Of a stretch of DNA of 64,000 bases, positions 38,143 to 48,241 are shown piece after piece. The notes under the pieces were generated by a model. The model had not been told where the DNA came from, made no database searches, and saw nothing but the letters and a program-made list of their open reading frames with translations. The translations under genes and the position numbers were made by a program. The DNA comes from an uncultured virus (IMG/VR IMGVR_UViG_3300032138_000963) (Duplodnaviria > Heunggongvirae > Uroviricota > Caudoviricetes), in the IMG/VR virus record IMGVR_UViG_3300032138_000963; one strand, written 5' to 3'. Each line of letters begins with the position of its first letter. The stretch's first letter is position 1.

Positions 38143-38458
38143 TCTCTCTGTCCTCTTTCCGGCGATCTATTATGAACTCGAAATCTGGGTCAGCGGCGGA
38201 CTCGAGCTGCAACACGAATCCGTCCAGATCTTTACGATGGCGCATGAAGAGCGTGCGACCTGCGAGCTTGGGAGATCGAACGTCCACGTCGACGTCGATT
38301 ACCCGCCAACCCTTGACGGGCCTCCCGCCCTCAATCGCCTTCTTGCAGGCAGCTTTGAACCCCTCCTCGTCACGCTCCACCTCCTGAATATCCCAGGCAA
38401 GTAAAAGCTCAGGCTTACCTTCGCCCTCGAAGAAAGCCCACACGGATTTGACCTTCAT
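38135..38458 (-). CDS. Hypothetical protein
   Basis: ATGA-coupled start MKVKSVW. Confidence 0.55.
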   Translation of the reverse strand: MKVKSVWAFFEGEGKPELLLAWDIQEVERDEEGFKAACKKAIEGGRPVKGWRVIDVDVDVRSPKLAGRTLFMRHRKDLDGFVLQLESAADPDFEFIIDRRKEDREND

Positions 38459-38619
38459 TTCACACGCTCCTTGTAGGGCCTGGTTCGGACGCAGGACTTG
38501 CAGGTAACGAGCTTCGGGTCGGTGATGAGCTTGCTTCGGTCGACCTTCTTTCCGCATGCTGAGAACCCATAATACTCCCCTATGCCCCAGTCGTAGAAAT
38601 GCATCGGCCTCTCCCTCAT
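38455..38619 (-). CDS. Small zinc-finger-like protein
   Basis: H...ACG...VTCKSC; ATGA-coupled. Confidence 0.5.
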   Translation of the reverse strand: MRERPMHFYDWGIGEYYGFSACGKKVDRSKLITDPKLVTCKSCVRTRPYKERVK

Positions 38620-39188
38620 TGCTGACTCATTTCCAGCACGGGGCGCATGGCCCGGATGACGCAAAGGCCAGTCAGTTCCGCATCCCAAATCGGGTTATGC
38701 TTCTCGCCTCGCGCGATACCGATTAGAGGCTCAGCGAACTCCTCACGCGATATGTCGGGGTCCATGCCAAGGCCACCGAGAATCGAGGCCAGGTCGTAGA
38801 GCGGGTAAGGGCTCAGTGTCTGCCATAGCGAGCCGTGATTATCGTCGCGCATTCCGAGGCCGCTCAGAAAGGTACTGTCAACCGGGAATCCGACATCGAC
38901 GATGGTATGGACGCTGCGCTCCCGAAGCACAGTCGCGTACCATTCGATGAACGCGACTTCTAGATCCGCGAGCGCGTTGAACGTCTCCTCGATATCCTTG
39001 ATGGCGGGAATGACGTGCTCGAGGACGTATTCGTCCTCGACCTGATCGAGGCCACAGCGCCCCAGGAAGCTCGACAGCACGCGGCCGCCAGGATCCATGA
39101 GAACGGCCCCGACACAAAACGGCTGGCCGTAGAGCCCGTTCGATTCGACGTCGATGACGATGAGGTCCCTGTCCAAAAAAATCCTCAT
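38616..39188 (-). CDS. DEDD-family 3'-5' exonuclease-like protein
   Basis: IDVESNGL, D.GFPVD, HNPIWDA. Confidence 0.75.
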   Translation of the reverse strand: MRIFLDRDLIVIDVESNGLYGQPFCVGAVLMDPGGRVLSSFLGRCGLDQVEDEYVLEHVIPAIKDIEETFNALADLEVAFIEWYATVLRERSVHTIVDVGFPVDSTFLSGLGMRDDNHGSLWQTLSPYPLYDLASILGGLGMDPDISREEFAEPLIGIARGEKHNPIWDAELTGLCVIRAMRPVLEMSQQ

Positions 39189-39730
39189 CAGTTGATCCCC
39201 AGCTTGTCGGCGAGCCCCTTACGACGAGCTTCTTTGCGCGCCTCCATCTTGCCTCGAAAAGACTTAGCCTTTTGAATGAGACCATCCCCCTCGCCGGTGA
39301 GGGTCAGGTCAGCTATCCGCGCGTCGTCGCCAATGACCGTGTGGCCGATCCTGCCCACGTACCCGACCGTGTTCAAGTTCGCCTGGCAGCGATACTCTTG
39401 GATGATGTCGTAGACCTCGGAGTACTCGCGCTCCTTCGATTCTGGGACAACGTAGTATTCGCGGGGCGGCTTTCCATCCACGTCTGTCGTGTCAAGCTCC
39501 AGCGCTTTAGCATCCAGAATGTCGCGCTCTCGCTGCACTCGCCAGCGCTGCTCCCAGATGATGAACGCGCTCTTGATGGCGAGCATCAGGTTGTCGCCTG
39601 TGCTCCACGACCTGCTGAGATCGGAGTTTGCCTCCATCCCATCGTTCGTTTTGAAACCCGACTGGATCGACATCCCGCACTTCAAAGCGCGATGGATTGC
39701 CAGTGCTTTTTCGTGAATCGAATACGTCAT
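39188..39730 (-). CDS. Hypothetical protein
   Basis: Coupled ORF. Confidence 0.65.
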   Translation of the reverse strand: MTYSIHEKALAIHRALKCGMSIQSGFKTNDGMEANSDLSRSWSTGDNLMLAIKSAFIIWEQRWRVQRERDILDAKALELDTTDVDGKPPREYYVVPESKEREYSEVYDIIQEYRCQANLNTVGYVGRIGHTVIGDDARIADLTLTGEGDGLIQKAKSFRGKMEARKEARRKGLADKLGIN

Positions 39731-40368
39731 TCTTCTTCCTTTTTCCCCATCGACACGACGACTTTCGCAGGTCGAAGAAGCCTTCCTCGCCAGGTGTACC
39801 CCTTCTCGAACTCCTCGACGATGATGCCCCGCTCCTGATCGTTGACCTGCTGAGCGAGAGCATCGTGTATCTCAGGGTTGAACGAACAGCCGAGGGCAAG
39901 TACGGGGGCGATTTCGTGCTTGGCGAGAGCGCCGAAGAAAGCCTGCTCCACGATGGTGATGCCATCGAGGATCTGGGCATCCCCCTGCGCGGCCGTCTTT
40001 GCCCTGGAGAGATTGTCGCCCAGGGGGAGAAAGTCCTCGAGCAATCGTCCGAGAGCGGCCTGGATTCGCTCGTCCGTCTCCCTCGTGGCTCGGCGCTTGT
40101 AGTTCTCGAACTCGGCCATCGAACGCAGGAGCTTGTCCCGCTCAGCCTTGAGCCTGGCCTCCCATGAGGCTCGCTCGTCTGCCATAGCCTCCGCGACCAG
40201 TTCGCGGACTATCTCCGCAGGGTCGCGCTCCGGCTTCGACGCCTCCGAGCCGAAGCGCGACGGGGTCGCAGTGCGATTTTCGATAGCCTCCGTGGTCTTG
40301 TCGATGGCCTCTTCGGCTTCGGACATAGCCTTTTGCAACTCGGCCTCGAGGTCGTCTGCGTCGTTCAA
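39727..40368 (-). CDS. grpE: Nucleotide exchange factor GrpE
   Basis: LLRSMAEFENYKRR, LP..DNL.RA, FNPEIHDAL, KGY...GRLLRPAKVVV. Confidence 0.93.
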   Translation of the reverse strand: MNDADDLEAELQKAMSEAEEAIDKTTEAIENRTATPSRFGSEASKPERDPAEIVRELVAEAMADERASWEARLKAERDKLLRSMAEFENYKRRATRETDERIQAALGRLLEDFLPLGDNLSRAKTAAQGDAQILDGITIVEQAFFGALAKHEIAPVLALGCSFNPEIHDALAQQVNDQERGIIVEEFEKGYTWRGRLLRPAKVVVSMGKKEEE

Positions 40369-41123
40369 CTGACGTCCTCCGCGAAGGCGCTGGCGGACAC
40401 CTTCGCCTGTTCTAGCGTTTGGATTTCGTGGCGACCATCAAATGACTTGTCGCCAATCCCGTAGCTCGAGGTCGCGCGATGTGACCAGCCGAACCACTTC
40501 TGCTTCTTCTCGCTCCAGCCGATCGTGCACACGTTCGCATCCTCTTCCCGAAGCTCCGGGGCGATCCCATGCTTGTCGAAGAACTTGCGCATGTCGCTGG
40601 CATCGCCGGCGTAATCGCCGTCCTTGCTCATGATCGAAAGCGTAGGCATCGTGTCGTCGGGTGCGGTGCCCATCTGCACGAGCTGCTCGACCACGTCGTA
40701 CAGCTCAGCCTCTTCGAGGACGCTCTCAGAAACAATGTCCCCCACTTCGACTCGGTCTCTCATATCCTCTTCCATTTTCAGGTATTCCTCCGACTCCTTC
40801 TTGATCCCTTCCCAGCGCTCCTCACCAATTGCTTCCCGCATATCGCGGAGTATGGCATCGGCTCGCTTATGGAATTCCTCCGAACGGATTTCCGTGAACA
40901 GGATCTGCGCAACATCGGCCACGCACATGCCTGCCATCAATCGGGCTCGGCCTTCGACTCTCTCTTCTCCTCCGTACGCAGCTACGTCCCTCCCGTTAGC
41001 CATCAGTTCGCGGCCGACCTCCCCGAACAAATCCATGATGCGCTTGCGCTCTACAATCGCGCCGCGGCGCTCACTGCGGCGCATCAACGCTTCGATGCGG
41101 CGAACCTCTGCATCCTCCATCAT
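40365..41123 (-). CDS. Hypothetical phage protein
   Basis: C-terminal IGWS...KWFGWSHRA...F..DVS. Confidence 0.7.
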   Translation of the reverse strand: MMEDAEVRRIEALMRRSERRGAIVERKRIMDLFGEVGRELMANGRDVAAYGGEERVEGRARLMAGMCVADVAQILFTEIRSEEFHKRADAILRDMREAIGEERWEGIKKESEEYLKMEEDMRDRVEVGDIVSESVLEEAELYDVVEQLVQMGTAPDDTMPTLSIMSKDGDYAGDASDMRKFFDKHGIAPELREEDANVCTIGWSEKKQKWFGWSHRATSSYGIGDKSFDGRHEIQTLEQAKVSASAFAEDVS

Positions 41124-41350
41124 TCCCTCCCTGTTCCGTATCGCTCGAAGTGGTCGAAAATGAGATTGTCGACCTCGTCCAAATAGAGATCAGAGATCCA
41201 CCACATCTCCTTCAGCTTGTCCCACTTCCTCTCCTCACGCGGGACGTGCACCTTCAGATCTTCGACGAACTCCTTCTTGTAGGGGGACTCGAGAAACATC
41301 CCATGCTTCCCCCCGTGCCACCTAATGGGCTCGCTTCTTCGGTATCCCAT
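41120..41350 (-). CDS. Small hypothetical protein
   Basis: PY..EFVEDLK..VP...RKWD. Confidence 0.65.
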   Translation of the reverse strand: MGYRRSEPIRWHGGKHGMFLESPYKKEFVEDLKVHVPREERKWDKLKEMWWISDLYLDEVDNLIFDHFERYGTGRE

Positions 41351-41579
41351 ATGCCTTCATCTTTCTGTACATCGTCGATTTTCCAATTCCCAATTTCACC
41401 GCAGCGCCGTTGTAGGTCTCTGTCGAAGCAATCGCCGAACGAATCATCACCTCCTCGAGAACCTGTTCGAGGGCTGGAAGGTCCGCTGACCCATGCCTTG
41501 ACACAAGGTCTTCAACGTCCCTGAGCAGGACGTCACGGTGATCACTTTGCGGCTGCAGCATCGTCGAGCGCTTCCTCAA
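41322..41579 (-). CDS. Fis-type HTH protein
   Basis: AAVKLGIGKSTMYRKMKAYGI. Start uncertain. Confidence 0.7.
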   Translation of the reverse strand: MRKRSTMLQPQSDHRDVLLRDVEDLVSRHGSADLPALEQVLEEVMIRSAIASTETYNGAAVKLGIGKSTMYRKMKAYGIPKKRAH

Positions 41580-43290
41580 GGCACTGGTACAGAACCTTGT
41601 AATCGTCGAGAGACATGGGCTGCCCCTTCCCCAGGACGACGCCGGTGAACTGCTCGTATGCCTGCTTTGGGTTCACTCGTTTCTTATAGACCTCGTCGCA
41701 CCACTTCTTCAGCAGCGGCGTGGTGATTTTCCGCATCAATTCGACCGTCGTCACGGTCTCTGGATCCACCTTTCCGCCCTTGCCGGGCGCGTCCGCCTCC
41801 GGCTGAGGCTGACTCGGCGGGGCCGTTGGTGGGGGTGAGCTTGGCGGTGCAGAAGATTGATCGCTGTTTTTTGCCCCCGACTTCTTCCCCTTCTTTCTCT
41901 CTTTCCTCTTCGCCTCCTTGCCCCAACGATTCACGCACACCTTGAATCCGTTATCGAGGGCAAGCCACAGCGACCACTCGTCCTTCTTCGAATCAGCAAC
42001 CTTTTCAACCGTTGTTTCGTCGTAGTAGACGTCACCCTCAGACCATTTGCGGCCACCCTTGAACTTGTCCGTCCGTTTTGACCGATCAATCTCGTGGCCC
42101 TCAGCGTTCACCTGGACCTTTTCTCCGCTGTCCAGAGCGAGCATATTGATGCCGCCCTTTTGACCGAGCATGACGATGCGCTCCTCCTTGTTGTACATCT
42201 GCCCGGCACGAAATCCTGCCTTGGGAATGCCCACGTACTTCCCCTTGGACTTCTCAGACCCTGCAGACCCCGTCGACGGGGTGCCGCGCGACACAGACGG
42301 CTTGGGACGCTCACCAGAGGATGGAGGCGGCGGAGGTGGGGCAGCAGCGCCCTGTGGGGCTGCTGGCTCCTCGGATGGCGGGAGCGGGGTCTCCTGGCCA
42401 CGCTCCTCAGGCTCCTGGCCCTCCGTGAGATCCTCAGCCTCCGCCTGGTCGTCATCCGTCTCCTGAAACGCCTTCCGCAATGCCTGGCGCTCGGCAGCAA
42501 TCGAAAGCATGTTGTAGGGCTTGTCGCCCCACTGGTTATTCGGAACCTTCTTCCCCGTCTTCTTTCGATCCACCCATTCGTCGACAAGCTGGACGAACTC
42601 GTTGTAGCGCGCTTCACCGACGTAGGAATGACGCTTACCCTTCCGGTCGAGCGCATACACGGTTATCCGAGCAATCAGATCCCCGTTCTCGTCGTGCTCG
42701 AAAACGGCAGCTTCCATCCCCGCGAACCTTCCGCTTCGATGGGCCATCGCCCGGTAACCGTCGATGCTCTTATCCCAGGTGAGACGCTCCATCTGCGTCC
42801 AGCCACCGCGGTCGTCCTTTTTGTTCCAACGCCTTTTGTTGGGCCAGATCTGGTCATGAAAAATAGAGAGCTTTTGCTCCTCCATTTCGATGATACACAT
42901 TGTGACCTGATCCTCATTCAGTTCCAGGTCCCAATCATTCTTACACTTGAGCCGAACCTTCTCTCGCAGCTCGTCATCGTGGATGGACATCTTCGTCATA
43001 TCGAACTCTTCCTCTGGTGCGGTATATCGCGGAATCTTGCTTGGCTGACTCAGGTTTTCGTGAAAACCCTCCCAGCCGTAGGAAAGCGTCAGTGGGTGGC
43101 CGGGCTCGTCGACCAGCTCGACGAGATACCTGCGCGTGGTTTCATTCTTCTTGATTTCGTGATCGGAGATGCGTAGCTGGTATCGATCTCCGAATGGGTG
43201 AGTTCCTGGGCCGGGGTCTTCCGTGAAAGTCCAATATCTACGAGCGTCATCGATGAGGTCCAGAATCTCGCTGATGGGTCTTTTTCCCAC
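41542..43290 (-). CDS. Bet/RecT-like single-strand annealing protein with long extensions
   Basis: SIDGYRAMAHRSGRFAG and W..KP.NML..AAERQALRKAF. Confidence 0.8.
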   Translation of the reverse strand: MGKRPISEILDLIDDARRYWTFTEDPGPGTHPFGDRYQLRISDHEIKKNETTRRYLVELVDEPGHPLTLSYGWEGFHENLSQPSKIPRYTAPEEEFDMTKMSIHDDELREKVRLKCKNDWDLELNEDQVTMCIIEMEEQKLSIFHDQIWPNKRRWNKKDDRGGWTQMERLTWDKSIDGYRAMAHRSGRFAGMEAAVFEHDENGDLIARITVYALDRKGKRHSYVGEARYNEFVQLVDEWVDRKKTGKKVPNNQWGDKPYNMLSIAAERQALRKAFQETDDDQAEAEDLTEGQEPEERGQETPLPPSEEPAAPQGAAAPPPPPPSSGERPKPSVSRGTPSTGSAGSEKSKGKYVGIPKAGFRAGQMYNKEERIVMLGQKGGINMLALDSGEKVQVNAEGHEIDRSKRTDKFKGGRKWSEGDVYYDETTVEKVADSKKDEWSLWLALDNGFKVCVNRWGKEAKRKERKKGKKSGAKNSDQSSAPPSSPPPTAPPSQPQPEADAPGKGGKVDPETVTTVELMRKITTPLLKKWCDEVYKKRVNPKQAYEQFTGVVLGKGQPMSLDDYKVLYQCLEEALDDAAAAK

Positions 43291-43321
43291 GTCCTACTAC
43301 AGTCCCTGTATCTGATCGGGA

Positions 43322-43615
43322 TCAAGTGGACCGGCGGCGGGCGGACTCCTCCGCCTGGGCCAGCAGCTCCTCGAGACTGTGGATAGTGCACTCCACGTCG
43401 GATCGAAGCCGGATGCCGATCTGCCCCTGAGTCCCCTCGTCGGTCACCTCGAAAATGAGACGCGCGAACGGGAGGTATTCCTGGGTGCAGTATGGGCACC
43501 TGAGCTTGCCCGCGAAAGCCGGGTCAATCTCAGGCTTCGTCACGACCCTGTAGATCTTGAACGACCCTGGATACGAAAAACACTCCCCAACCTCAAGCTT
43601 GTGCGGTGTCTTCAT
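43322..43615 (-). CDS. Small hypothetical protein
   Basis: CPYC; fits the operon. Confidence 0.5.
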   Translation of the reverse strand: MKTPHKLEVGECFSYPGSFKIYRVVTKPEIDPAFAGKLRCPYCTQEYLPFARLIFEVTDEGTQGQIGIRLRSDVECTIHSLEELLAQAEESARRRST

Positions 43616-45899
43616 CCTTCGGCTCCTCTTCCTTCTTCGCCTTGACCCGCTCGTCCTTCAACGTGGCGAGCATCTTTTCCGCGTCGGCGTAGGTCCGCAC
43701 GGCGGTGTCGATCTCGTTGATGATGCCCACGTTGCCGAGAGCAATCTCGATAGCCTCGTCCACTACATCGGGCTCGAGTTCGAATACGCGCCGAAACTCC
43801 TTGAGGAACTTCTTGCGGCGAGTGGTCTTCTTCTTTTGCGTCCAGCTGGACTCATCGACTTCCTCGTCAGCCTTGCGGGTCTCGAGGTTGTCCGGGCTCA
43901 CTCCCGTCTTCGAGTCGTATGCCAGTCGGCTCAGGACTGAGAGCATCCTATCGGCATCGTCGGGATTCTCCTCGATAAACTTCGAGATCTCCGTCCGCCA
44001 TGCATGCTCGCAGACCTTGCGGATGACGTCACCGGTGGCGCCCTCGAGGCGGCGGCCGAACGACTCCCATTTCTGATCCGTGAATGCGTCCGACAACGGC
44101 ATCGTGCTCAGGAAGTGCTTGAACAGCTGAACCCGTTGCCCCTCGTCCAGCTTGCCAACGATCAGCACCTCCGAGAAGCGGCGAATCATCGGCATCGGAA
44201 TTCGCTCCGGATTGTTCGTCGCCCCCCACACTGAAATGTTCGGGTACTCGACGATGCCGTCCATGATCATTTGGAACTCGAGCGACAGGTTGATACTCGT
44301 CGTGCTCCGATCGTTGTTGAGGACCTCATCGATTTCGTCGATGAGGATATGGACGTGCCTGCCTGAGTCCTTCTGCAGCTTGACCGCCGCTTCGAATAGG
44401 CGCTTCGGATTCTTCTGGGCCTCACCCATCCACGCGGTCAGGAAGTCGGAGCCTGCGGCGAAGATAGCAATGCACTCCTCTTCGTTGCAGATGGCGCGCA
44501 TGCACTCCGTCTTTCCGCAGCCCATTGGGCCGATCAGAAGAATATTCGCCTTGTCGACTGACTTCCGGGGCGACGTGATTAGGTAGAGCGGAGCCCACTT
44601 TCGAAGCCTGGCGATGTGGCCCACGAATTTGCGCACGTCGTCGAATCCAGAACCGATGATGTCGTCGAAGCTCGCTACAGGCTTCTTTCCTGGAATGACC
44701 TCGAGCGCTCCATTTGCCTTCCCTGTCGTCTGATTTCCCTGAGCGATGCGGCACACGTAGAAGCTGTTGATCTCCAAGTAGTGACTCTTGAGCTTCTTGA
44801 CCTCCTCCCAGACCATCGCGGCAATCTTGTACGACGGCGTGTCGTCCTTGAGCATCCGGCAAATCTTGCTGATGACCTCGTTCTTGAAGTGAAGCTCGTG
44901 CCGCTCCTCCTCTGTCATGCTGGCCGAGCGATCCCGGTACTTCACCCGATTCGGATCCACATCCTCGAGCGCAGACATCTGGCGATCGAAGCCACCTTCG
45001 GTGACTGGCGAGTAGCGCTTGTAGTGGACGGCGGCCACACCGCTAAGCTCGGACCTGAAGAGCTTCTCGAGCCGTGCGCTGATTTTCCAGATATCCCAAA
45101 GCTCCTGCTTGAATCGGCGAGTGAACGCCGTCGTCTCGCTTAGAAGCACATCCCTAAAATCATCATCCTTGACCCACTCGATAATCGCCTCGGCCTTGCG
45201 AAGCGAGTACGCGGAAATCTCAGTATCCTGAGACGTCTCAGATACCTCCCCGTGGTGAGCGATGTTGTCGTAGATCGACATCGCAAAGTCGGTCAATACA
45301 GGAGCGTGCCACACCTTGATTCCCCCCGTGCTGTGTCGCTCGTTCAGCGCGTTGTAGTAATTCTCCACTACGCCCGCTATCTGACCGCTCATATCGATGA
45401 GCTGGTAACGGAAGTTTCCGAGACGCATACAGGAAGTAGAGAAGGCTTCGCACGCTTGCTGATTGAGTTGGTACTCCGCCGACAGGTCGTGCATTCGCTC
45501 CCTGGATGTCTCCGCCATCTCCTCGGGTACGAGCAACTCATCAACCTCGAGCAGCGTCGAGACTTCGCTGAGAATCTTCCACGCCATCTTGATTCCCTGC
45601 GCAAGATTTGCGTAGACGTGAATGAAGTTCTGACTGCCACCCAACGCGTGAGCGACTAGCCGCTCCCTCTCCTCGCGCTCCTCCAGTGAAGCCAGCTCAT
45701 TCATACTCGTGGTCGAGCGCGCAGCATCGCTAATCGAACGCGACCCCTCATTCGCCTTGCGGCTCCGGTCCTCAGCTTTCGACAAGCCTTTCTCGATTGT
45801 TTCCTGGAGGCGTTTCAGCTCCTCCTTTTTATCCTCGTCGATCTTTCCAATAATCGACTTGATTGACCTGTATTTCGTAACACCCAAGGAGCCGTACAT
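43593..45899 (-). CDS. AAA+ ATPase with long helical N-terminal region
   Basis: GPMGCGKT, pore-loop AWMGE, LIDEID, GATNNP...IRRF. Confidence 0.9.
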   Translation of the reverse strand: MYGSLGVTKYRSIKSIIGKIDEDKKEELKRLQETIEKGLSKAEDRSRKANEGSRSISDAARSTTSMNELASLEEREERERLVAHALGGSQNFIHVYANLAQGIKMAWKILSEVSTLLEVDELLVPEEMAETSRERMHDLSAEYQLNQQACEAFSTSCMRLGNFRYQLIDMSGQIAGVVENYYNALNERHSTGGIKVWHAPVLTDFAMSIYDNIAHHGEVSETSQDTEISAYSLRKAEAIIEWVKDDDFRDVLLSETTAFTRRFKQELWDIWKISARLEKLFRSELSGVAAVHYKRYSPVTEGGFDRQMSALEDVDPNRVKYRDRSASMTEEERHELHFKNEVISKICRMLKDDTPSYKIAAMVWEEVKKLKSHYLEINSFYVCRIAQGNQTTGKANGALEVIPGKKPVASFDDIIGSGFDDVRKFVGHIARLRKWAPLYLITSPRKSVDKANILLIGPMGCGKTECMRAICNEEECIAIFAAGSDFLTAWMGEAQKNPKRLFEAAVKLQKDSGRHVHILIDEIDEVLNNDRSTTSINLSLEFQMIMDGIVEYPNISVWGATNNPERIPMPMIRRFSEVLIVGKLDEGQRVQLFKHFLSTMPLSDAFTDQKWESFGRRLEGATGDVIRKVCEHAWRTEISKFIEENPDDADRMLSVLSRLAYDSKTGVSPDNLETRKADEEVDESSWTQKKKTTRRKKFLKEFRRVFELEPDVVDEAIEIALGNVGIINEIDTAVRTYADAEKMLATLKDERVKAKKEEEPKDEDTAQA

Positions 45900-45914
45900 C
45901 AGATTCCGTCTCCC

Positions 45915-46397
45915 CTAGTCGTCGTCTTCTTCTTCGTCATCTTCCTCTTCTTCCTCATCGTCGGCGTATTCGTCTTCGTCGTCTTCTTCTTCGTCTTCGT
46001 CGTCCTCGTCGCTCAGATCGACAGGGGGACCCTCGTCCCCGTCAGATTCATCCAGATCTTCATCCGATTCGACCGAGGAGAAGTCTTCATCCTCAATATC
46101 CCCCTCCGCAACGGCTGCGAGAATCGAAACCCGAGCCGCCTCTTCCGAATAGAAATACCCAAGAAACTTTCCGAAACCCTCATCCTCGTCGACGTAGGTC
46201 ACCTCGAGGATTGCATCGCCGGCCACTATCTGCCCGATAACCTCATCCGGATCCCCATTATCGAATGCGAGCAGAGACCAGCACACGACAGGGACGACCT
46301 TGAAGTCGATCTCATTTTCCTTGTCTGGCAAGAACCCAGCGAAGCTCTCGCGGTTCGGGGTGATAATGGTCTTGATCGTCGTGCTTGCCTTGGCCAT
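45915..46397 (-). CDS. Protein with highly acidic C-terminal tail
   Basis: About 55 residues dominated by D/E; first gene after the promoter. Confidence 0.7.
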   Translation of the reverse strand: MAKASTTIKTIITPNRESFAGFLPDKENEIDFKVVPVVCWSLLAFDNGDPDEVIGQIVAGDAILEVTYVDEDEGFGKFLGYFYSEEAARVSILAAVAEGDIEDEDFSSVESDEDLDESDGDEGPPVDLSDEDDEDEEEDDEDEYADDEEEEEDDEEEDDD

Positions 46398-46450
46398 GTT
46401 ACATCCCTGCGAACGATGCCCCTTCTTGGGTCGCAACCGTCCAGCGCCGG

Positions 46451-46479
46451 AGTGTAGTGACCCTCCACTTGCACGTCAA
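46451..46479 (-). promoter_or_regulatory. Sigma70-type promoter for the leftward operon
   Basis: TTGACG-N17-TACACT in the divergent intergenic gap. Confidence 0.65.
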
Positions 46480-46632
46480 CTACACAACTAGATCTCTCGC
46501 CAGCGACAACACTCATCGTTGTCGCGCGCTCGAGCCCGTCGCGGAGATCGCGCATCTTGTGCCAACCTGGGCGGACTGTTAGTCTCGGCTCGCGTTTTGT
46601 CCTGTCAAGAACAACAAGATTCGATGAGGTAA

Positions 46633-48192
46633 ATGCAGCTGCGGTCATATCAGGAGCACGCGATCCAACGCGTGCGAGAGGAGATGTCGCGCGGTAATCG
46701 TAGGGCTCTGCTGGTGATCCCAACCGGTGGTGGCAAAACGGTTACTTCGAGCAGCATTATCCTAAATGCTGTTTCAAAGGGGAAACGGTGCATCTTCCTA
46801 GCTCACCGCAAGGAGCTTATCGACCAGTGCAGTAAGACGCTCGATCTTCTAGGCGTCGACCACGGAGTCATCAAGCGACAGCATCCACGGCGCGATATTT
46901 CGAAGCTCGTTCAGGTTGCCTCGATCCAGACGTTGATCAATCGCAGTCACTGGCCGGCGGATTTGATCGTCATCGACGAGGCGCACAGAAGCTGCGCGAA
47001 GACGTACAAGGACATCATCGCCAGGTACGACGAGAGGGTAGCGATCCTCGGCCTTACTGCGACGCCGTACCGGCTGGACGGTAAACCTCTCGGCGAGATG
47101 TACAACGCCCTCGTAGAGGTCATCGGGGCTCAGGAACTCATCGAGATCGGATGCCTCATCGAGCCAAGCGTTTTTGGTGCGAAGACCGTCGACCTTTCAG
47201 ACGTTGCCGTTGGGTCGCGGGGAGACTTCAAGAAGTCCCATGTTGCTCGAGCTATGTCGTCCACTATTTTGCATGGCGAACTCCTGACGAACTGGGCGCG
47301 CATCTGCGGCGATGCCCTTGGCTCCGAAACGAACTTCTATCAGGACGACAACGGTCGGGAGCGCGTCTCCCAGACGAACTGTGACGCATGCACGGTCATC
47401 TTCGCTCCGAACGTGGAGAAGTCCATCGAAATCATCGAGCAGTTCAAGGACGCTGGGGTACGTGCTGAGCACCTCGACGGGAAGACCAAGCCGAGGGAGC
47501 GACGGCGCATCCTCGAGGGCCTGGCCAGCGGAGAGATCTCCGTGGTGAGTAACGTGGACATTCTCACGGAGGGTTGGGATCTACCCAGACTCGAGTGCAT
47601 CGTTGGGGCTCGTCCTACGCGGTCGAAGTCTCTCTACAAGCAGATGGGTGGCAGGCTCATGCGGCCAGACGACGATGCACGCATCAAGTTCCTGCTAGAC
47701 CACGCCAACTGGACCCGGATGCATGGGTTCCTGACCGAGCCAACCTCCCACTCCCTCACGAAGGCCGAGAGGCGTCCGAGGAAGAAGAAGGGAGGGTTCG
47801 AGCGGCCACTCAAAGAGTGCCCGCAATGCGGCTCGATTCACGCGACTGGAATCACGCTCTGTATCGAGTGCGGGTACGAGTGGCCGAAGAAAGAGTACGA
47901 ATTTACGGATGAGAACCTCGTGCAGCTCGACGCTCAAATGGTCGGCCGTGCGGATCTTGTTCCCCAGGACGAGCGTCAGGAGACGTTCGAAAAACTTGCA
48001 AGCGCGTGCGTCGAGAAAGGCTACAAGCCTAACTGGGCGCGAGTTCGATACCAATCTATCTATGGCGAATGGCCCAGTAAGAACACTGGGATTCTGATGC
48101 CTGTGTTCTTCCGGCAATACGAGCGAAATCTGAATAAGCAGCGTAAGTCTCAGATGGTAGCTCAAGCCGCCGCCGATGCAGCCACCGGCTAG
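46633..48192 (+). CDS. Superfamily 2 helicase with C-terminal zinc finger
   Basis: LRSYQ, PTGGGKT, DEAH, TAT, EGWD, QMGGRLMR, CPQC..CIEC. Confidence 0.95.
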   Translation: MQLRSYQEHAIQRVREEMSRGNRRALLVIPTGGGKTVTSSSIILNAVSKGKRCIFLAHRKELIDQCSKTLDLLGVDHGVIKRQHPRRDISKLVQVASIQTLINRSHWPADLIVIDEAHRSCAKTYKDIIARYDERVAILGLTATPYRLDGKPLGEMYNALVEVIGAQELIEIGCLIEPSVFGAKTVDLSDVAVGSRGDFKKSHVARAMSSTILHGELLTNWARICGDALGSETNFYQDDNGRERVSQTNCDACTVIFAPNVEKSIEIIEQFKDAGVRAEHLDGKTKPRERRRILEGLASGEISVVSNVDILTEGWDLPRLECIVGARPTRSKSLYKQMGGRLMRPDDDARIKFLLDHANWTRMHGFLTEPTSHSLTKAERRPRKKKGGFERPLKECPQCGSIHATGITLCIECGYEWPKKEYEFTDENLVQLDAQMVGRADLVPQDERQETFEKLASACVEKGYKPNWARVRYQSIYGEWPSKNTGILMPVFFRQYERNLNKQRKSQMVAQAAADAATG

Positions 48193-48241
48193 CACCGGCC
48201 CCACAACCTGATTTCAACCCACTCAGTCAAGCTCTGGGAGC

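Noticed and set aside
11529..40368. Ordinary bacterial chromosome (sod, ssb, thyA, grpE)
   Set aside because: These genes lack their usual neighbours and sit among phage-type ORFans and replication genes.
43593..45899. AAA+ ATPase as the genome-packaging motor
   Set aside because: Motifs are classic AAA (pore loop, SRH), not A32/FtsK or terminase type.
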